A DNA stretch of 63,371 nucleotides, counting the filler, from Diploschistes diacapsis (lineage: Eukaryota): the NCBI GenBank assembly GCA_023645945.1. It is 7 parts of 7 records of this genome, joined end to end, with 100 filler letters (N's around TTAATTAATTAA, not from the genome) between each part and the next. Parts side by side here need not be neighbours in the genome. Positions count along the whole stretch, not along the records: positions 11,723 to 17,471 come from JALAIB010001487.1; positions 17,572 to 23,314 come from JALAIB010001488.1; positions 23,415 to 29,156 come from JALAIB010001489.1; 4 more parts are not named here. One strand, given 5' to 3'. The position numbers and the translations under genes were made by a program. Shown piece after piece: positions 13,793 to 24,636 of this stretch. Below the pieces are notes generated by a model that had not been told where the DNA came from, searched no databases, and was given only the letters and a program-made list of their open reading frames with translations. How positions within the stretch are numbered: the stretch's first letter is position 1; each line of letters opens with the position of its first letter.

Positions 13793-14733
13793 CTAGTCAC
13801 TTGCTCTGTACTTTGCTCTATATTCCTCCACCCTCCTTAAGTCGTCACCTAGCCCTCGGTCTGCCAGCCCAACTACCAGATCATCCAGGGTCAACACACT
13901 GATAATCGGTACGTCCGAACCCAGCTCGTTACGCAAAGCGCCTATCGCGCTTTGCCGAGGCACTCCATCCTCATCGTCTTCTCCCTTTGCCGGATCTGCT
14001 GGCAGTTTTTCCATCCTGTCTAGGGCCACTACGATGCCCGCAACTTCACCACCCTCCTTTCGAATCAGCTCAATCGCCTCCCTTTTGGCTATGCCTGCAA
14101 ACGGTCAACTATCTCAACGACTGTGCTTGATACGATTTGTCCCACCAGCCGTTACGACATCGTCAATAATCATAACCCGGTGGCCTTTCAGCGGGTAGCC
14201 TGCGATTATTCCTCCTTCTCCGTGATCTTTTACTTCTTTACGATTATAAGAGTTAATCAAGCGTGCGAACCTCTGAGGCGCGAGCCGCGCCAGCTCCAGT
14301 CCCACCGTTGCTGCTAGAGATATGCCTAAGCTATGTCAGTCTCCAAGGTAACGCAGTATGTACCGAGATTACATAACTTTGTATGCGGGCTGGGGTATCG
14401 TCAGTGAGGTCAAAAACGTTGAGGCTCAGCTGGACTTACTCCAAAAAGTACGGTAAAGTCCAAAGCCGGAGCATGGGAAATCAGTGCTTTGGCGTAGGCG
14501 TCTACGAGGGCTTGTCCAAGGTCTGCTCTTTGGAAGAGAGCGGTGTTGAAAAAATAGCTACAAAGATATTTAGAATAAGCAAAAACGTGCTGAAAAGACA
14601 CGCACGGAGAGATTCTCTTAGATTTCAAGGTAAATGTACCAAATCTTAAGATGTCGTTGTCGAGGCAGGTGGATAGAAAGGAAGACTTCCAAAGGGGCAT
14701 TGATTGGGACGTCGGAGAACTAGCGGAAGCCAT
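13793..14733 (-). CDS. URA5: Orotate phosphoribosyltransferase, possibly decaying
   Basis: [43 protein letters not shown] and VVALDR motifs across five exons. The third intron lacks a canonical donor at the expected position. Confidence 0.9.
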
Positions 14734-15360
14734 ATTCTTTGAAGTTTGGAATTTTAAGCTAGAATAGCCGATATTTTCGAACAGCAAAACAAGCGAATAT
14801 TGAAGACCGTGAATATACAGATAGATGTACGGTTATTGGATTTGAATGTGCGAAATTACCCTTTTTGACGCCAAGCCTGCACGGACGCTATATAGTAGTC
14901 TAGGCACTTCTGCAATCTTACTTACTTAGGCTTAGCTTAGTAGATACCTAGCTAACTAAGCCCAGAAAGTCCAAACTTCACGACATGTTTTCTGTTCTTA
15001 GAGTCAGAGCCCTTTCATGGTCTTCCTCCTAACCCGATCGGAAGACCAATGAGATCAGATAAGGGCCAAGGAAAATCTAGCAAATTATTTCTGTCCATAT
15101 GCGGGAATCCTACAGAGTACAATGTACAGTAGTCCTAGCTTGAGTTTGCCATTGGGTGAACATATCGTGTACCCCATGGGCCATGCCACGAGCATCTTAC
15201 TGAGGTGAGCTGAGCTGTATCAGTATCTGGACTTACCCTTTCTCCCTGTCTCTATCTTCAGTACAACATCTTCTCTTACATTCACTCCTTCATACTTCCT
15301 TCGTCGTTTTTTTCTTCTCCTTTGATTATGCAAAGCCGTCCGTAGCCTTCTCTCTCAATC

Positions 15361-17232
15361 ATGTACGCCGTTTATTTCATCTTCTCCTCCCTCTTATCGG
15401 CCAGCCTCGACCCAAGCAGCTTCTCCACTATCCTGCCCAGCAATGCTACCATCACATTCGCCACGCCAATCACGAAGTTTGGCCTGTTCTCATAAGATAG
15501 TGTCAACATCAGCATATCTGGAAACATCACTCACGATGCACTGCCCATTTGTGCTATGGAGATTCAGATACAATCTTCTGCAAACACCTCTTTCAACATG
15601 GGATTGCTGCTGCCGAGCAATTGGAACGGCAGGTTAATGGCCACAGGCAACCCTGGGTTTGGTGGGGGCATTCGCTGGGATTTTCAGGCCGACGCGCTAA
15701 AATACGGGCCAGCTGTGACTCTGTCCACTGACACTGGACACGTCGGAGCACCCAACAACATTTCTTGTGCCATCAACAATCCCGATGGCATCGTTGACTG
15801 GTCCTACCGATCTCTCCATGAGTCGACAGTCCTCGGGAAGCAGCTCACCAAGGCGTACTACGGCAACGACGTTCAGCATTCATACTACACTGCCTGCTCA
15901 AATGGCGGAAGGCAGGGCCTGAAAGAGGTACAAATGTTTCCAGACGATTACGATGGTGTTCTGCCTGGAGCACCGCCGTGGCAAACCACCCACCTGCATC
16001 CCTGGGCTCTTCAGTTAGGTGTGTGGAATCTTCCCGAGAACAAGTCGAGCCACATACCCTCGTGGAAGTTCGATGCAATTGCGAATAACATCATGGAGCA
16101 ATGCGACGCTCAAGATGGACTCGCAGATCAAATCATCATGGAGCCATACTCTTGCAACTTTTCTTCCGCTATGCTGATGTGCAACCAAACCACAACCAAC
16201 ACGACGGCTTGCCTAAGCGCACCCGAGATCGACACGCTTTCACTCTTCTACAACGACTGGCAAAACACTAATGGCACCATGATCAACCCCCACTTCCCCT
16301 TATCGGCCTCGGCCTCCCGTTATGGCGAAGTGACCACCGCACCAAATCATTTTGACCTTGAATATTTTTATGGCTTTGTATACAACACCACAGACTGGGA
16401 TTGGACAACTTTCAAGGGCCAGGAGACGGTAGAGTACGTTGACACTCTCAATACCGGCGATGCAGCAGCACTTTCAATGGACCTTTCAGGGTTCCGCGCG
16501 AATGGAGACAAATTGATCATGTATCACGGTTTGTCCGATACCACAGTTCCCACAGGATCAAGCATACAATACTATCAAGGCGTCAACGGGACGATGCAAT
16601 CCGCATCTGGCTCCATAGACGACTTTTTCCAGCTGTACCTCGTTCCAGGCATGGGGCACTGCGGCGAGTCGGATGTGACACCTTACTACATTGCCGCCGC
16701 TGGCCAAATTGTTAGCACGCAGGACGGTAATGGTTTCAGCGTTCCTGGGTATGTGGATCCCGAGCACGACATCCTTCTTGCCATGTTCCAGCGGGTCGAA
16801 AACGGGACGGCGCCGCAGCAACTTATTGCAAGCAAATGGAACAATGACACGCTTGAAGACGGGTTGTTGATGCAGAGCCCGCTGTGTCCATACTCTCAAA
16901 AAGCAGTTTACAGCGGACATGGCGATTGGCACGACGCAAGCAGCTGGACCTGCCAGGCAGGGGAACTGCTACAGTTTCCGGCGCAAAACGGCAGCATAGG
17001 CACGGTTAAAGCCGTTGACGGTCTAACTGCACAAGGCACGTTCAACTTCAACTGTACTGGGTGTGGTGACAATTGCACAGAGCCCGGCCCTGATAATGGC
17101 GGGAATTCCTCAAGCGGGTCTGGGTCCGGCTCAAAGAGTGGCGCATCAGCAGCTGCATCTTTGGCCACGGAGGCCACGAGGCTAGCCGGTTGGGCATTCC
17201 TGGGTTTGCTTGGAATCGGATGCTTGATGTGA
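15361..17232 (+). pseudogene. Tannase/feruloyl esterase B family gene with an in-frame stop
   Basis: ATG 15361 with a signal-peptide-like start is in frame with ORF 15556-17232 but is broken by TAA at 15493-15495. Motifs WNGRLMATGN.GF, STDTGH, CSNGGRQG, YHG.SD and VPGMGHC. Confidence 0.85.
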
Positions 17233-17471
17233 CATTCTTCTCTAAGTCGGAGAGTGCAGAAGGCTCCACCAAGATCATGTAACGACATTGACGTTCCACA
17301 TACAAAGTAATAGACAACATAAACATAATTCATAATAATACCATTATATCAAATCCCACACGCTGTGCCCGCTACCGATGCCTCCCAAATCCCAGAAAGC
17401 GCCAACCCTCTACAGCTGCGCCGGCACGCAGACCCTCGTCCCAACACCCAAGCTCCAACTCCCCACACTCC

Positions 17472-17571
17472 NNNNNNNNNNNNNNNNNNNNNNNNNNNNN
17501 NNNNNNNNNNNNNNNTTAATTAATTAANNNNNNNNNNNNNNNNNNNNNNNNNNNNNNNNNNNNNNNNNNNN
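17472..17571. other. Artificial contig linker
   Basis: 44 N + TTAATTAATTAA + 44 N. Confidence 0.98.
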
Positions 17572-18677
17572 AGAGGGAGGGGGGGGGACGCCGATTCGCC
17601 AGCCAGCCAGCCACCTGGGCGATCTCTCGTGCTTTTTTTTTACATATTTAAACCTCCGAGGCAGCGGATGGATGGATCGAAGTCCTGCAAGCGCTTTTTC
17701 TACCTTGGAAAATTTTTGTGGGGGGGGGATGTTGATTACGCACATGAGCATGGATTTTCGCGTAGAGCATCTTGACATGCCGATTGGAATTGCTTGCGCG
17801 AACTTGGGGGAAACTACGTACATATCTGAAAAGCCTCCGCTCAGTTTTTTCATGGTCCCCTCCAGGGACATTGGTCGTAAGAAGTATTTCGTGGTTTCAT
17901 TAGCAGTCAATAACATTCTCTCTCTCTCTCTCTTTCTCTCAAATATTTTTATGGAGACAACAAATGCCTTTATATTCCATGGACCTCCCTATCAATCTCC
18001 AGGTGACAACCCGGTGTGTGCATTGGAGATGAACGAGCTCTCCCGGGCCAGCAGCGCACCCGGTGCCGGTACGAGATTTGGAATATGTGGGGAGGGAACC
18101 CATGCTCCAGAGCAGCAGCAGCGCTTCCCAAAGACCTCCCCGCCCCCCATGTCTGCAAGCCAGCCCGGATGCGGGCGCTAAGCTGCCGGGCAAAAACGTC
18201 AACACGTTTTCGAGAAACCATTACGTAGTTGCTGGACCGTAACGGTCGGTTGAGAGGGATGGAAGGAGGCCCCATATCAATTTCAGCCATTGGTGCCCCA
18301 TTATGTATAGCTAGGACCTTGGATCCGATGAGATGCTGACCTCTTCTCTTGTTTTTCTTTCCGTTGCTCTTTGATGCTCTTTGATGCCTTTTCTGAGGGA
18401 AAAATGGCTTGGGGGATATGGCCCTACGGGAAGGGCCTGCGGTGGGCTTTCCTCCGTCTTCTAGTGTTTTTCCAGGTTCTCTCCTTTCGTCAAGTAGAAC
18501 GTTCCGTCTTGACGGGCTAGTAACCTGGGCCTTGATGCTCCCGGAAAGCTTTTTGACGTCATTTTAGCACCTAAGTGACCAGCGACTTGATGTTCCCAGG
18601 GAGCTCTCCCAGTGTCACTGGGCATGCAGCAGCCCATCTGGGATTTAATGCTCCTGGAAGTTCTCCAACATTATTTG

Positions 18678-20426
18678 TTAACCTCTCCTCTTGTTTCCTC
18701 CGTTGCTCTTTGGCGCCTTCGAGGAAGAGGCTTGGGGGATAGTCCCACAAGAAAGCATGGAAGGACTCCCTGGGTCTTCAGTGTCTGCCTCGTTCTGCCG
18801 CTTTCGAGAATCCGCTTGTCCCCGAGGCTTGCTAAAACGCTTGACTGGAAGTGGAAGGTTTGGCTCAGGCTCGTCTTCTGCTTGCGAGCTCGTTGTGGTG
18901 TGGAACTCTTCACTGGTGAAGCTTCGAGTGTCAACTTGCGACTCCATCGTATAGGTTTCTCCCTGAGAAGTTTCGTCTGCGATGGTAGACATAAAGCGAG
19001 TATTGGTGAGATTGGCAGGCGAAGGGGCGACCGGAAAGAGATTAAACGCTTCGTTAGCCTACAATATAGCGTCGTCCCTATACTCTTTGGCCAGGTCTAT
19101 GGAATTTCGGTACGCCGTTGCCCCTTGCCTCCATGTCTCGGGAGCGTTGACCATGGCAAAGGCTCCTATCTGATGCATAAGATATTCGGGCCGAGCTCTA
19201 GGACTGGCCGGCTTGGTAGGATGGCTGGTAAATAGCCTGAGTGTGCCATAATGATAGGTACTTGTGAAAGTGTAGGCTTTGCCGTCATACTGCGGCTCTG
19301 CCTGTTTAAAGTTCTGCAGAGCGTGTATTGCTCGAGCTCCGAGAGCCCCGTCATAGGAAGCTGACCGGCCAGCCACTGCTGGGGCCCCGTCCGGACCTTT
19401 TGCAGCCATAAAGTGGTTTGGGACGATAGGTAGGTCGTGCTGCGTAGAAGGAACAATAAGCTTATTAAGCTCATCGCGTATCTCACGCTTGAGGCTTTCC
19501 GGACGCGCGCAGTGGTAGAAGTCCGGATTACCAGGCACCAGATTGTGTTTCGTGAGTGCGGCCAGATTTGTAAAAGGTACATCGCCCGAATGAGTCTTAG
19601 GATCTTTGATCTCGCCTTCTATTATGGGAATCACTTTCTCCTTCACTTGCTTCTCCTTGGCGGCATTTCCATCTGCACGGACAAATTTTATATGCTGTTC
19701 TTTGGAGAACCTGGAGGGCGCGAGAGAGCGCCGAGGCTCCGCCAGCCTACGGTTGATTTCTTCCCAGTTTGTTGGCTCTGCCGTAACATGCCCATCCGGG
19801 TACCCGTACATATAGGGGAGGATGTCATTGTCGATGAGATGTTGTTGGAAAGCATGGTCGTATGGCGAAGTGTTCTTGGTGGTGGTTGTCTTTTCCAGGA
19901 GATTCGTCTTGGGGGGCCGAGGGCTGCGCGACCTGTTTGTAGAGCTGGCCTGGCTTGAGTCCATCGGGTCTTTGATAGGATTGGCGAGTGTCTCGAACTA
20001 GAGAGTGTTTAGCACAAGCATCGAGAAGCTTCTGGGAGCCCATACGCCTCTGATATCCTGTAGGTTTGGTCCACCGTGCTTAGAGAAGCGCTTTAGCTCG
20101 TTGTACTGCTCGTATCCACAGTCCTCTGTAAAGCTAGTTATAGTCTCGAGGGTTGGATGGTGTCTCTTCCACACGGCAACAGCACGTCTGGTAGCAGGGC
20201 AACGAATTCGCTGGCGCGCTGATAGGACTCGTGCAGCTCGAGCGTTCCTTCGCTCCAGCTCCCTCAAGGCGCGCCTCGTCAGTGGAATCTCGGACAAGTT
20301 GTCCCAGTATGCCGCTGGCTGTTGAGGATCCGCTGTGCAGGCAACCTTGTGCTTCTTGGATGCGGGATGGTAAGCTCCCCTGTCAAGCTCCAAAAGTTGC
20401 CGCTTGACTGGTACTGCAGTCTGCAT
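18678..20426 (-). pseudogene. Member of a widespread fungal family with a probable PD-(D/E)xK restriction-endonuclease-like fold; internal stop
   Basis: Exon 1 (ATG 20426: 'AYWDNLSEIPLTRRALRELERRN', 'GGPNLQDIRG') splices in frame to the ORF carrying 'SPYDHAFQQHLID', 'PDFY..ARPE.L' and 'AKGPDG..AVA.R.A.YDGALGAR'. TAG at 19061-19059 interrupts 'DDAIL*ANE', and the frame continues to 18678. Confidence 0.65.
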
Positions 20427-21080
20427 GTGATAGGCAGCTCTTGAGAAGAGTCGCAAGGAGTCAATCGTGTGAGCGGGAGAGATGAGAAGTTAATAAAGCG
20501 CAGCGCTTCTTAGCCTCCGACACAAGACCAGCTGCGTTCCCACCTTACAACCTTTCGGAAACTTGTAATGGCGGCAATCCATTGTGAAAGAGTCCCTCGT
20601 CCAAGCCTGTACAACCCTATCGGTGTAACACCGACGGTGCTACACTTTTTTCTTTGTAGGACGGAACAGGGATTAATGCTTAATGCACCCAAGAGAATGG
20701 GACGAGCAACCAGTTGAACGCTGATAGAGTTGTACTTTACTATACAACCTCCATCATCGTCCAACTGTTGGTTCTTATAGAGGAGGTCAAAGCAGAGGGA
20801 GGAAGTTAGGCTGAAAGGGTCATTAATCTGTGGAACTTTTATTAGAGTAGAAGAGCTTGTGCTTGTAGTTGCGAAGAGCAAGAGCTGAATACTTTGTCCA
20901 ATAAAAATTCAATTCTCTTGAAGCGTTGTACCCGAATTTCCACAGCTACGACTTCTATACGCTGCGACTGCCTAGCTTTGAGGCTGCTAATGGGCGGATG
21001 CGATATCAGCATCATATAGAGATTATAGTTAGCTTGGATTCACGAGCTTTTACACGATGTACTCTTAGACTCCACCCAGG

Positions 21081-23314
21081 ATGGCACCATTTCAATACCA
21101 AATATCGCGGGCACGGCATCCCCCTGTCCCAGAGAATGAATATCCTCGCCCTGATGTCGATGCTAGCTGGGCCGCCTTGAAGATGATCCTCAATAGGACC
21201 AGACATCTCTTCATCTGCCGGACTACCTTGACCGAAGAATCAAACGAGCAAGATGTGCAGCGAATCAAAACCATCCTCCGCAAGACGCAAAAGGAACACG
21301 AGACCAGGTGCGTCGTATTTCAAGCGGGAAATAGTCGTCAACTAAGCAGATGCTAGAAACTGGCTGGGAACTTCGTGCGACCTCTGGGCAGACTATACAG
21401 AATGCTTCGAGGAGATTGTCGTGCAACTGCAGGAACAGTACCAGTTCCCCGATGTCACTGCTTCGTCGGACAGGAACTTTACCACGCTGGTCTTAATGCA
21501 TTCGGGTCCACTGCTCAAAGACTTTGAAAGACTCAACGATTTACTTCTCCTTGCAAGGAACCTTCTCGCTAGCTCCCATGTAGCGCAAGACAATGCGGTT
21601 CTGGAAGACTTTCACCAGCAAGTCTACCAGCTAATGCAGATATGTGTCGAGTTCAACATCCAGGGCTTTGATGGAGAAGCTGGAAGTGCGAGCGAATCGA
21701 TCTTCACAAAGGTTATCAACTCGTCAAAGGTCCTGCTCGCGACATGTCTACAGTTCATTCATAATCTGGTTACGAAGAACGAGGTTTTGAAGATGCGACT
21801 ATGGCTGGATCTGCTCTGCGAGAACACGGATGTATTTGTGTCAGAAGCTGGCGTCGAGGAAGAGGAAGAGCTGCTAGACAGTATCACTAGCAAAGCGCAA
21901 GAAGGTTACGCTACAGAGTTGTCTTCGGCCCCCGTTTCAGACGCAGACGTTGAGGTTGCGGTTAAGAGGCTACTTGGACCATTCGCTAACAGCAACAGTG
22001 CGGATGGTCTTCGCTACGCTTTAGTCAACTGGACGGCAAATGGGATCGAGCTGACGTTGTCCAAAATGCATAGGATAGAACTTGTTCCGCCAGCGAGTTC
22101 AGAAGAGGATCAAGCTCAAACTAGCAACGATATCTATGCAGAACCTCAGCTATCACCTCCAAGGTACCTTGAACGATTGAGTATACCAAAAGCACTAGGA
22201 AGGATCACGGCAGCTAAGAGTGCTTTGGTTCATCCCTTGGATGCTGAGTTTCCCGTCCTCATAGATGGAGAAGATCCAGATGCGGAGAGAGACATTGAGT
22301 TGGATCCGGATGCTCCTCCTTTTCCTACTGGCGAGGACGCAGCATATCAGAAAGAAGTACCGACATCCCCGTACACGCTGAGCGAGATACCCATTATCCT
22401 CGCGCCCAATGAGATCGAAGCTCTGCCACTCATGCTTCAAAGCTGCGTTCTTAGCTCTAACGATCTGATGTCACTCACTGAGCAGCAACGCATTGAGCAA
22501 GCCGTCCGCTGCCATCTGCTCCTCAAAATGTCAACCGGTCGTATGCTCTTGCGCGAACTCTACATCTTTATCGCCGCCTGGGATCTCCCTGAAGACGAGA
22601 TCTTTTTCAAAGCAATGGTGAACATCACAAACTCCTTTCTGCAATATTCTCTTCTGCCCACAGCGTACGAAGCCCTCGCCGACCCCAAAGATATTGTCTC
22701 TCCCGCGCAAGCCGTCCTCGTGAAGTTGATACTGCATATTTTCAAGACTGAAATTGATCCACCCGAACGTTACCGCTCCCGCTCATCCATTCACCAGGCC
22801 CATGACCTGGACCTCATACGGTTTCTTCTGTCGACTTTCCGCACCAATATCCTCCCTCGCTCTCTTGCCATAATCTGGATGCAAGGCATGGTTCGCGACC
22901 AGGTCGCCACACCCGAAGAATTTGAAAAAGCGAACCTCAACCTCTGGGACATGGAACGCACATACGAGGGCGTGTACCAATTCCTCGAGCTCTTCTCCGC
23001 ACTTAACGACAACCCCGTGTGGAAAGCAGAGTGCATCAAGTCCGAGGTGGCGTGGGACATCATCCAGCTAATCCGCTACCTGCACAGACACATCCCAGTG
23101 CAGCCTTTCATAACCGCACCACCACCACCTCCTCCACCGCCGCCACCTCCTGCTCAAGTACACGCAACACCCGTCTCCCACCAACCAACCACCACCCTCA
23201 ACTCTCCCAAGCCATCCTCCCTCCCCACAACCACCACCACCAACTCAATCCAAACCCAAACCCAACCTCAACCCCCGCGGCCCTCCCTTGCCGTCGAACG
23301 GCCCTACTCCCCGC
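21081..23314 (+). CDS. Ataxin-10/Ctr86-like ARM-repeat protein, 3' truncated by the contig end
   Basis: Exon 21081-21307, intron 21308-21356, then a long ORF with 'LLRELYIFIAAWDL', 'KDIVSPAQAVLVKL' and 'LNLWDMERTYEGVYQFLE', which I recall from fungal ataxin-10-domain proteins. Confidence 0.75.
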
Positions 23315-23414
23315 NNNNNNNNNNNNNNNNNNNNNNNNNNNNNNNNNNNNNNNNNNNNTTAATTAATTAANNNNNNNNNNNNNNNNNNNNNNNNNNNNNN
23401 NNNNNNNNNNNNNN
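23315..23414. other. Artificial contig linker
   Basis: 44 N + TTAATTAATTAA + 44 N. Confidence 0.98.
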
Positions 23415-23670
23415 GGGTGGAGATGAGGATGATGGGGAGGGGGAGGAAGGGTGGGTGGATGTTGATGTTGATGTTGATGGGGACGGAGACGGAGACGGAG
23501 AGGGAGACGGAGAGGGGAAAGAGGAAGGAAGTGGCGACGAGGACGGTAAAGAAGAGACCAGACCGGGCGACGGGAAGAAGAAGAGGGAGAGGAAGGCGAA
23601 GAAGGAGAAGGAGAGGAAGAAAGAGAGGAAGAGGGAGGGGTGGAAGAAGAAGCCGAGGAGAAAGTGGTAG
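23415..23670 (+). CDS. 3' end of an unidentified gene with an acidic then Lys/Arg-rich tail
   Basis: Frame open from the contig edge: 'GGDEDDGEGEEGWVDVD...KKKRERKAKKEKERKK...PRRKW*'. Low complexity. Confidence 0.45.
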
Positions 23671-24636
23671 TGGTGGTGGTGGTGGTAAGAATCTGGGTGG
23701 CACTGCAGCAATGCGGTGTTGTTGTTGTAGGAGAGGTGTCGTTTGAGCGGTGCGACATTTGCCACTCGTCATGGTCTTCATTGCAAGAAAGAAGAAGATA
23801 AGAAAGAGCGCAAGTGCAGGTTGGATTATGCTTGGTTGGATGCGTTATGCTTTCTGGATGCTACAGGTGTCGTGGAGGTCGAGCGTGGGCTTTCTCTTTT
23901 CTTGGCATAGTGTTAGGGGCATATGGTGATGGGGCGTAGACTGCTACTTGAGTATAGCCCATAGAAGATTATGAGTACGCCATAGTCTAGTCGAGCAAAC
24001 GGAGCGAATTAGAAAAAATATTGTTAGGGAGGATGGGCGCATACATGATGGCGAGGAGAGAAAAGAAGACGGGCATGGGGTATTGGTGTACACGGTACAT
24101 GCATTACTGTCAAAGCATCTAGTAACTCTCACTGCCAGTTGCAGTCCCCAGATAGTGCCCCTTCTATTTTCTCTGATAGGGCAGATATCCTTGCTCGGGT
24201 GCCTAACTTCATTAACTGTTCTTTCTTTGGTACAGCACATCGCCATCAGTATCCCCCAAAGCGTCTCGTCTTTGCCCCGATCAGGTAATAGAGCAGAGTG
24301 ATGCCAGAAACAGCCAGAATCGATCCTGCAATACTCAAAAGCTGTTCGGACTCGTTCAAACCGTGCCGTGCATGCAGTAGCTCTAATAGAACAATAACAT
24401 GTGAGAAAAGAAGAGAGTTTCAGCTGGAGGTCTTCCCCTCCGTCGGTGTCGTCGGTTTCATTGAATACACAAACAGGAATTATGAATCCCAGTTGATTTA
24501 TATGGTTTAGGAGTCCTTCGAGATAAACAGGCAATCGGAATGGTAATAGAACAAATATTCGTAATGCCGACGTGGGCCGATTGAAGAAAGACCCCCGGTG
24601 GGAGAAGAATTGCAAGCCAGTGCCGGTGCAACTGCC

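Noticed and set aside
11723..23314. Starship or secondary-metabolite cluster built from URA5, the tannase and the nuclease-like gene
   Set aside because: No tyrosine-recombinase captain or PKS/NRPS is visible, and the genes span two unlinked contigs.
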